Assembly (NCBI GenBank): GCA_022826245.1
Contig: JAJDVG010000037.1
Span: 7,470 to 71,469 of the forward strand
DNA: 64,000 nucleotides
Source of the DNA: Gammaproteobacteria bacterium
GTDB lineage: Bacteria > Pseudomonadota > Gammaproteobacteria > Steroidobacterales > Rariloculaceae
Direction: 5' to 3'
In this document: piece after piece, positions 57,180 through 64,000 of the stretch
Position numbering within the stretch: the stretch's first letter is position 1
Layout of the letters: every line of letters begins with the position of its first letter
Made by a program: the position numbers and the translations under genes
The notes under the pieces: generated by a model
The model's input: only the letters and a program-made list of their open reading frames with translations
Told to the model about the DNA's origin: nothing
The model's database searches: none

Positions 57180-58226
57180 TCAGGCTTGCTTGCGCGCGGC
57201 TCCCCCTTCGGTGCTCGGGACAGCGGTCGGTTTTCTACCGGGCAGCAGCCTGTCCCTGATCTGCGTCTCGATGTCGGCGGCGATGTCGCGATGCTCGATC
57301 AGAAACTCGCGCGCATTCTCCTTGCCCTGGCCCACGCGATCGCCGTTGTAGCTGTACCAGGAACCTGACTTCTCGACGATGCCGAGCTCGACGCCGCGGT
57401 CGATGATCTCGCCCTCGCGGGAGATACCGTGGCCGTACAGAATCTCGAACTCGGCCTTTCTGAACGGCGGCGCCATCTTGTTCTTGACGACCTTGACCCG
57501 CGTGTCGTTGCCCAGAATCTCATCGCCCTTCTTGATGGCGCCGATGCGGCGGATATCGAGCCTGACGGACGAGTAGAACTTGAGCGCGTTGCCGCCGGTC
57601 GTGGTTTCGGGATTGCCGAACATCACGCCGATCTTCATTCGAATCTGGTTGATGAAGACCACGAGGCAATTCGAGCGCTTGATGTTCGCCGTGAGCTTGC
57701 GCAACGCCTGCGACATCAATCGCGCCTGCAGACCCACGTGCGTATCGCCCATTTCACCCTCGATCTCGGCCTTGGGCGTCAGCGCCGCGACCGAATCGAT
57801 GACGACGACCTCAACGGCCCCGGACCTGACGAGCATGTCGGTGATCTCGAGCGCCTGTTCCCCCGTATCGGGCTGGGAGATCAGCAGATCGTCGACATTG
57901 ACGCCGACCTTTTCGGCATAGACCGGGTCGAGCGCGTGCTCGGCGTCGACGAACGCCGCGGTACCGCCGCCGCGCTGGACTTCGGCAACCGCATGCAGCG
58001 CCAGTGTCGTCTTGCCGGAGGACTCCGGCCCGTACACTTCGACGACCCGTCCGCGCGGCAAACCGCCGATCCCGAGCGCGACATCGAGGCCCAGCGAGCC
58101 GGTAGAGACGACATCGAACTCGCGCGTCGCGATCGAGTCGCCGAGTCGCATTACGGACCCCTTGCCGAACTGTTTTTCGATCTGGCCAAGGGCGGCGGAG
58201 AGCGCCCGTTTGCGGTTTTCGTCCAT
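57180..58226 (-). CDS. recA: Recombinase RecA
   Basis: [10 protein letters not shown] Walker A; full collinearity with RecA. Confidence 0.98.
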   Translation of the reverse strand: MDENRKRALSAALGQIEKQFGKGSVMRLGDSIATREFDVVSTGSLGLDVALGIGGLPRGRVVEVYGPESSGKTTLALHAVAEVQRGGGTAAFVDAEHALDPVYAEKVGVNVDDLLISQPDTGEQALEITDMLVRSGAVEVVVIDSVAALTPKAEIEGEMGDTHVGLQARLMSQALRKLTANIKRSNCLVVFINQIRMKIGVMFGNPETTTGGNALKFYSSVRLDIRRIGAIKKGDEILGNDTRVKVVKNKMAPPFRKAEFEILYGHGISREGEIIDRGVELGIVEKSGSWYSYNGDRVGQGKENAREFLIEHRDIAADIETQIRDRLLPGRKPTAVPSTEGGAARKQA

Positions 58227-58386
58227 AGTTTGTTGTCCGGTTCGTGTCGCCGGCGGGTCGCAGCGAAAGCACTCAGATTATTTCACAGAACTGCCGCCCA
58301 ATCAGCCGGAAATTTGTCGCCAAACGTACCAGTTTCGCGGCCGAAAAAGTCGGGCCGGAAGGACAGCCGAAGCCGTACCCGCTCGT

Positions 58387-58944
58387 TCACAGCGGCCAGT
58401 CGCCAATGGGTTCGTAACGAACGCCCCGGTCGACGGGCACCGACTCGAGAAGCGTCAGTCGCTCGGCCGCCCAGCGCACCGGTTTCACCGTCGCGTTGAC
58501 TGCGCGGGCGCGCCGGCTGAGCGTCACATGCGGCATGAAAACCTTCCGTTCGCGTTCGAATCCCTGCGCTGCGAGCCCGTCCCACAACGCGCGTTCAAGC
58601 TCACCGAGCGCATCGGGTTGTCCGGACGGCGACAGCCAGAGAATTCGCGGCCGAGCCCAGTACCCAAGCGTATCGAGCGTCAGCTCGAACGGACCCGTCC
58701 GGATCGGCGGGACATCGCGGGCGCGGTCGAGTTCGTCCGGTTCAAGCCCGCCGAGGAACGCGATGGTGATGTGCAGGTTTTCGCGAGGCGTCGGCCGACC
58801 GCCGGCGGCATGCACGGCGCGCCGCGTGGTTTTGACGAGCGCGGCGCGTGTCGATTCGTCCGGCCACAGGCCAAAGAACACCCGGCGCCGGCGCGGGCCT
58901 TCCGGCCGCGGCCTGTTTCGGGGCGCATCGCGCGCACTACTCAC
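58387..58944 (-). CDS. thpR: RNA 2',3'-cyclic phosphodiesterase (2H family, ThpR/LigT)
   Basis: Two HxT motifs (HITIAF and HVTLSR). Confidence 0.8.
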   Translation of the reverse strand: MSSARDAPRNRPRPEGPRRRRVFFGLWPDESTRAALVKTTRRAVHAAGGRPTPRENLHITIAFLGGLEPDELDRARDVPPIRTGPFELTLDTLGYWARPRILWLSPSGQPDALGELERALWDGLAAQGFERERKVFMPHVTLSRRARAVNATVKPVRWAAERLTLLESVPVDRGVRYEPIGDWPL

Positions 58945-59009
58945 GGCATGTCCCGGCGATGACGCGCCTTGCCATGCAGAACGCAGCGCACGATCGCGAG
59001 GGCGGCATG

Positions 59010-59510
59010 CTACTGTCCCGCTACCGCGTCATTCAGGAGCCCCTCGAGCGCGCATTCCACCGAAAGCCTGCGAATCCGCTCGCGGTTGCCTTCAAAGAAT
59101 CGCTGCGCGGTGCGCACACGATCCGCAGCGGCCCAGGCAAACCAGACCGTGCCGACGGGTTTTTCGACCGTGCCGCCGCCGGGCCCGGCAACGCCGCTGA
59201 CCGCAACGGCGAATTCGGCGCCGGTGCGCGACTGCGCCGCGTTCGCCATAGCGATGACGACCGGCTCGCTTACCGCGCCGTGTGCCTCGAGCAGCGTGTC
59301 CGGCACGTCGAGCAGGCCCGCCTTGGCTTCGTTCGCGTACGTCACGAACCCGGCCGCGAACCAGCGGCTGCTGCCGGGCACGTCGGTCATGACCTTGGCG
59401 ACCCAGCCGCCCGTACAGGACTCAGCCGTGCACGCGGTCCGGTTGCAAGCGAGCAGCGCCTCCCCGAGCCGGGCTGCGAGCGCCTCAAGTTCCCGATCGG
59501 AAGGTTGCAT
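59010..59510 (-). CDS. pncC: Nicotinamide-nucleotide amidohydrolase (CinA C-terminal domain)
   Basis: TAESCTGGWVA, GFVTYANEAK and AVAVSGVAGPGGG. Confidence 0.85.
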   Translation of the reverse strand: MQPSDRELEALAARLGEALLACNRTACTAESCTGGWVAKVMTDVPGSSRWFAAGFVTYANEAKAGLLDVPDTLLEAHGAVSEPVVIAMANAAQSRTGAEFAVAVSGVAGPGGGTVEKPVGTVWFAWAAADRVRTAQRFFEGNRERIRRLSVECALEGLLNDAVAGQ

Positions 59511-59597
59511 GTGCGTCCTTGACGAGATCGCGCCTCGGCGGATGACAGCGAGACCGATGTAACCGTTCCATTTTCACCGGCGAAGGATTGGCCGCGG

Positions 59598-60779
59598 TCA
59601 CGGAAGAGCTTCCACGCCTTGCCGGGTTGTCTGCAAGCCCACGAGGATTTCACGATAGAGCCCGAGATAGCGTTCGGCCATGAGTTCCACGGATAAGTCC
59701 CGCCGCACTCGCACCCTGCCGGCCATGCCCATGTGCTTGCGCAGACAGGTATCGCCGATGAGCCGTTCGAGCGCGGCGCCAAGTTCGGCGGGATTGTCGG
59801 GCGGAACGAGCAAGCCCTCGACGCCCGACTCCACAACGTCGACGATGCCACCGACGGCCGAGGCGACGATCGGCACACTCGAACTCATGGCCTCGAGCAA
59901 TGCGACGCCGAGCCCCTCGCGCCGCGCCGGATGCACGAGCACGTCGACGCCGGGCAGAAGCGCGGGGAGGTCGCGGCGGAAACCCGTGAACAGCACATGA
60001 CGCCCAAGCCCGAGCGCGGCAGTTCTGCGCCGCAGATGCCGCTTCAGCGGCCCGTCACCGAAACACACGACCCTGAGTTCCGGATGGCGTTGTACGAGCT
60101 CCGGCAGACAGGCCAGCAGCACATCGTGTCCCTTGCGCCTGATGAGTTGCGCCGAGACCGCGGCGACGAACGCGTCTTCCGGTAACGCGAACTCCGCGAG
60201 CAGCCGCGCGCGTGCGGTTCGGTCCGGAAGGAATTCATGCGCATTCACGGCGCTTGGAATCCTCCTGATGCGCGCCTGGTCGAGTCCGGCGCTGCCGGTC
60301 AGCTCCACCTCGACGGCGCGCGAGATCGCAACGATAGCGCGGTAGGGCCGGTACTTGAACCGCGCCCAGAACGCGGGCTCGGGATTGTCGACCCGGCGCG
60401 TCAGGACCGCCGGCAAGCCCTCGGCAAGACAGGCGCGACCGGCGAAGAGATCGGCGCCGCGCCGCGAATGCACGTGCACGATATCGGGTCTGACGCTTCT
60501 GAATACGGCGCGAAGCCGCCGCGCGAGCCCGAAGTCGAGGTCGCCGCCCATCGGCAATACGATCGTCCCATCTCCGGCAGGCCATACCCACGCGGTTTCA
60601 TCCTGACCGGCGAATCCGGCCGTGAAACGCAACCCGTGAATCCGCGCCCCCGCGATATCCCCCGGCGGACACACGAGCACATTGGCCACGCCTCTACCGC
60701 GCAGTCCCTGTACCAGACTGCGGACCTGATTTGCGCCGCCCAACATGCGCCGGCCCGCTTCGACATGAAGGATTTTCAC
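59598..60779 (-). CDS. Glycosyltransferase family 4 (GT-B, group 1)
   Basis: C-terminal EGLGVALLEAMSSSVPIVAS...E motif; 393 aa. Confidence 0.8.
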   Translation of the reverse strand: MKILHVEAGRRMLGGANQVRSLVQGLRGRGVANVLVCPPGDIAGARIHGLRFTAGFAGQDETAWVWPAGDGTIVLPMGGDLDFGLARRLRAVFRSVRPDIVHVHSRRGADLFAGRACLAEGLPAVLTRRVDNPEPAFWARFKYRPYRAIVAISRAVEVELTGSAGLDQARIRRIPSAVNAHEFLPDRTARARLLAEFALPEDAFVAAVSAQLIRRKGHDVLLACLPELVQRHPELRVVCFGDGPLKRHLRRRTAALGLGRHVLFTGFRRDLPALLPGVDVLVHPARREGLGVALLEAMSSSVPIVASAVGGIVDVVESGVEGLLVPPDNPAELGAALERLIGDTCLRKHMGMAGRVRVRRDLSVELMAERYLGLYREILVGLQTTRQGVEALP

Positions 60780-60849
60780 GCGGCAATCATAGCGTTCGAC
60801 GAAACGCTTATGCGTCTAGAATGGTCACCGCCCGGACGCAGCACATCTA

Positions 60850-63429
60850 ATGACCCGATCCCACACCCCCGTAATGCAGCAGTACCTGGCCATCAAGGCC
60901 GAGCATCCCGATGCGCTGCTCTTCTTCCGCATGGGCGACTTTTACGAGCTCTTCTACGAGGACGCGCGCCGCGCTGCGGCGCTCATCGACATCGTGCTGA
61001 CCAAACGCGGGCAATCGGCCGGCGAACCGATCCCGATGGCGGGCGTGCCGTATCACGCCGTCGACACCTACCTCGCGAGGCTCGTCAAGCTCGGCGAATC
61101 GGTCGCGATCTGCGAGCAGATCGGCGATCCGGCGAAGAGCAAGGGCCCGGTGGAACGGCGTGTCGTCAGGATCGTCACGCCCGGAACGCTGACCGACGAA
61201 GCCTTGCTCGAGGCCGGCGAGACGCGCCACGTCGCGGCGCTCGAGCCCGGCTCGCCGGGCTCCGGGGGCTCCCCCGGCGCTCCGGCCGGACTCGCGTGGC
61301 TCGATCTCGCGGGCGGACGGCTGGCCGTGGCCGAAACCGCCGACGACGAGGCGCTCGCCGGCGAACTCGAGCGTCTCGCTCCGGCGGAGATCCTGCTGCC
61401 CGAGGACGCCGCGGCCTCGAACGGGCTCGCGAGCCACGCGCAGGTTCGCCACCGGCCGCCATGGCACTTCGACGTCGAGACCGGCAAGCGGCTGCTTTGC
61501 GCCCAGTTCAACACCATCGACCTCAAGGGATTCGATGCCGAGGACCTGTCATCGGCCATCGGCGCTGCGGGCTGTCTGATCCAGTACGTCAAGGAAACGC
61601 AACGTTCGGAATTGCCGCACGTGCGCACCCTCACGCGCGAACGCCACGACGACGCGCTGATTCTCGACGCGCAGACCCGCCGCAACCTCGAGATCGAGTC
61701 GAGCCTCGGTTCGACGCGGGAATTCACGCTCGCCGGAATCATGGACCGCTGCGCGACGCCAATGGGCAGCCGGCTCATCCGGGCCTGGCTCGGTCGACCG
61801 ATCCGGGCGCGCGAGCCGCTCAAGAAACGCCAGCAGGCAATCGAGACGCTCTGCGAGCGCGGACTTGCCGGCGCCCTCGCCTGGGCGCTGAAAGAGATCG
61901 GCGATCTCGAACGCATCCTGACTCGTGTCGCCTTGCGCTCCGCCCGGCCTCGCGATCTCGCGCAACTCAGGGACGGCCTCGCAATGATCCCGGGGATCAA
62001 GACGCAGCTCGACGGGATCGACTCGCCGCGGCTCGAAGAACTCGACCGATCCTGCTCCGAGCACACCGAGGAGCGCAGCCTGCTCGAGCGCGCACTCGTC
62101 GAGACGCCGCCGGCGCTCGTGCGCGACGGCGGCGTCATCGCCGACGGCTACGACGCCGGACTCGACGAGCTGCGCGCCGCAAGCACCAACGCGAGCGAGT
62201 TTCTCGACCGATACGAGGCGGCGCAACGCGAGCGCACGGGCCTGCCGAAACTCAAGGTCGGCTACAACAGGGTGCATGGCTTCTACATCGAGATCAGCAA
62301 GGCCCAGGCCGCCTCGGCGCCGCCGGACTACATACGCCGGCAGACGCTCAAGGGCGCCGAGCGCTTCATCACGCCCGAACTCAAGGAATTCGAAGACAGG
62401 GTTCTCGGAGCGCGGGAACGCGCCCTCGCGCGCGAGCGCACGCTATACGACGAACTGCTCGATCGCCTCGCCGAACGGCTGGCGGACCTGCAGCTCACGG
62501 CCTCGGGCATCGCGGAAATCGATGCGCTGACAAATCTCGCCGAGCGCGCCTCGACACTCGGTTTCTCGCGGCCCGAACTCGTCGACGAACCACGGATCGA
62601 GTACCGTGCCGGGCGGCATGTCGGGGTCGAGCAATCGTCGCCCGAACCGTTCGTGCCGAACGATCTCACGCTCGACGAACACCGCCGAATGCTCATCATC
62701 ACGGGCCCGAACATGGGCGGCAAATCGACTTACATGCGCCAGACAGCGCTGATCGTCATCCTGGCGCATATCGGCAGCTTCGTGCCGGCTGAGGCCGCGA
62801 TCATCGGTCCGGTGGATCGCATATTCACGCGCATCGGCGCCGCCGACGACCTGACGGGCGGACACTCGACGTTCATGGTCGAGATGACCGAAACTGCCAG
62901 GATCCTGAACAATGCAACGCGCTCGAGCCTCGTGCTCATGGACGAGGTCGGGCGCGGCACGAGCACGTTCGACGGGCTGTCTCTCGCCTGGGCCGCGGCT
63001 CGCCACATCGGCCGCGAACTCGACGCGTTGACGCTCTTCGCGACCCACTACTTCGAACTCACGAGCCTGCCCGACGACCTGCCCGGCTGCGCGAACGTCC
63101 ACCTCGACGCGACCGAACACGGCCGCGAACTCATTTTCCTGCACAGCGTGAAGGCCGGTCCCGCGAATCAGAGCTACGGCCTGAACGTCGCGGAACTCGC
63201 CGGAGTGCCGCACCGCGTCATCGACGACGCGAGGAGCTATCTCAGCTTGCTCGAGCGCGAGCAGCAGGCGCTCGCCGAACCGAACCGGCAACAGTCTCTC
63301 GGCTTCGAGACGGCGCCGGCCAAACCCGACCGGCTGCGGCGCCGACTCGAGTCGCTCGATGCCGACAGCCTGTCGCCGCGCGAGGCGCTTGAACTGCTTT
63401 ACGAACTCGTGCAACTCACCAGAGACTGA
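60850..63429 (+). CDS. mutS: DNA mismatch repair protein MutS
   Basis: [30 protein letters not shown] and [13 protein letters not shown]. Confidence 0.97.
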   Translation: MTRSHTPVMQQYLAIKAEHPDALLFFRMGDFYELFYEDARRAAALIDIVLTKRGQSAGEPIPMAGVPYHAVDTYLARLVKLGESVAICEQIGDPAKSKGPVERRVVRIVTPGTLTDEALLEAGETRHVAALEPGSPGSGGSPGAPAGLAWLDLAGGRLAVAETADDEALAGELERLAPAEILLPEDAAASNGLASHAQVRHRPPWHFDVETGKRLLCAQFNTIDLKGFDAEDLSSAIGAAGCLIQYVKETQRSELPHVRTLTRERHDDALILDAQTRRNLEIESSLGSTREFTLAGIMDRCATPMGSRLIRAWLGRPIRAREPLKKRQQAIETLCERGLAGALAWALKEIGDLERILTRVALRSARPRDLAQLRDGLAMIPGIKTQLDGIDSPRLEELDRSCSEHTEERSLLERALVETPPALVRDGGVIADGYDAGLDELRAASTNASEFLDRYEAAQRERTGLPKLKVGYNRVHGFYIEISKAQAASAPPDYIRRQTLKGAERFITPELKEFEDRVLGARERALARERTLYDELLDRLAERLADLQLTASGIAEIDALTNLAERASTLGFSRPELVDEPRIEYRAGRHVGVEQSSPEPFVPNDLTLDEHRRMLIITGPNMGGKSTYMRQTALIVILAHIGSFVPAEAAIIGPVDRIFTRIGAADDLTGGHSTFMVEMTETARILNNATRSSLVLMDEVGRGTSTFDGLSLAWAAARHIGRELDALTLFATHYFELTSLPDDLPGCANVHLDATEHGRELIFLHSVKAGPANQSYGLNVAELAGVPHRVIDDARSYLSLLEREQQALAEPNRQQSLGFETAPAKPDRLRRRLESLDADSLSPREALELLYELVQLTRD

Positions 63430-63503
63430 CGCGCGATCGGCTTGAGCCCGGCCTTGCCCATGGGGGCAACCCGCCTGGCGCGTGAACCGGAACCGGGAGC
63501 CGC

Positions 63504-63971
63504 TCAGCCGGGCGTTGCCGCGAGGCGCTCGAGGCCTTCGCGGTTCGTCCAGGACCGCACGCGTTCGATTGCTTCGGCAACGGGCAACCAGCAGTAGCGG
63601 CGATGCTCGAGAACGTTGAGTTCGATCTCGACGGCGTCCGGGATCTCGAGGTACCAGAGGTGCTCCACGTTCTCGCTGACCCCAGGGGCGAACTTCGCGC
63701 GCCACTCGGGCAGGATCGGGAAGGTTCGCCGCACGCCGGCGTCGCGCAGTCCCGCAGGGTCCAGGCCTGTCTCTTCGCGAACCTCGCGGGCGGCGGCCGC
63801 GGCGGCGGATTCGCCCCATTCGAGGCTGCCCGTGACCGATTGCCAGAATCCCGGCGGGCTCACGCGCTCCAGCAGCAGACACTCCAGCGCGGGCGTATGG
63901 ACCACGACGAGGACTGACTCCGGGCGCTTGAACGCGCGCTCGGCGGGAGTGTCGCCCGGAGCTACGGTCAC
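63504..63971 (-). CDS. nudB: Dihydroneopterin triphosphate diphosphatase (NUDIX)
   Basis: FKRPESVLVVV..., FWQSVTGSLEWGESAAAAAAREVREETG Nudix box; collinear with E. coli NudB including APGVSEN and the SWTNR tail. GTG start. Confidence 0.8.
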   Translation of the reverse strand: MTVAPGDTPAERAFKRPESVLVVVHTPALECLLLERVSPPGFWQSVTGSLEWGESAAAAAAREVREETGLDPAGLRDAGVRRTFPILPEWRAKFAPGVSENVEHLWYLEIPDAVEIELNVLEHRRYCWLPVAEAIERVRSWTNREGLERLAATPG

Positions 63972-64000
63972 CCGCCTAGCCTCGCGAGCGACCCGTCGGC

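Noticed and set aside
58227-58386. LexA (SOS) box upstream of recA
   Set aside because: No CTGT-N8-ACAG or TTAG-type palindrome was found; only CTG-N9-CAG with the wrong spacing. The lineage may use a different LexA motif.

Overview
High-GC (about 65%) gammaproteobacterial chromosome segment. The lineage is not identifiable from sequence alone; a CIRCE operator on groESL and the gene order suggest a Xanthomonadales/Nevskiales-like or marine gamma lineage. Conserved housekeeping blocks are plsY-birA-coaX, kdkA-waaF-hldD, glnE, groES-groEL, cutA-dsbD, aroQ-accB-accC-prmA, purH-purD, trxA-rho, csrA-alaS-recX-recA, pncC, thpR, mutS and nudB. Two accessory segments interrupt them, and each begins at the 3' end of a tRNA gene. 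The first follows tRNA-Thr(UGU) (about 3.4-15.0 kb) and opens with a tyrosine-integrase fragment. The second extends from tRNA-Ser(GCU) toward lower coordinates (about 52.5 down to 36.4 kb). Both carry a VapBC toxin-antitoxin pair and many signal-peptide proteins, and the tRNA-Ser-anchored segment also carries two TonB-dependent receptors. The strongest candidate for an undescribed system is a paralogous secreted two-protein module. It pairs a small protein whose mature N-terminus is predicted to be His-His (DUF6152-like) with a roughly 230-aa partner protein. The module occurs three times: in a tight operon with a porin-like barrel, as a reversed gene pair, and as a single fused polypeptide. 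Other notable observations are a decayed duplicate of tRNA-Ser plus its upstream region that now abuts a kinase gene, and an N4-cytosine-type DNA methyltransferase broken by one in-frame TAG. There is also a 129-nt hairpin element after prmA, a 3 x 30-bp tandem repeat after glnE, a DsbD with two tandem N-terminal domains, a CbiX-like lipoprotein next to a TonB receptor, and a PCMH-like flavocytochrome c. No CRISPR array, rRNA, transposase or intact integrase was seen. All family assignments come from motif recognition by eye and need HMM or BLAST confirmation.
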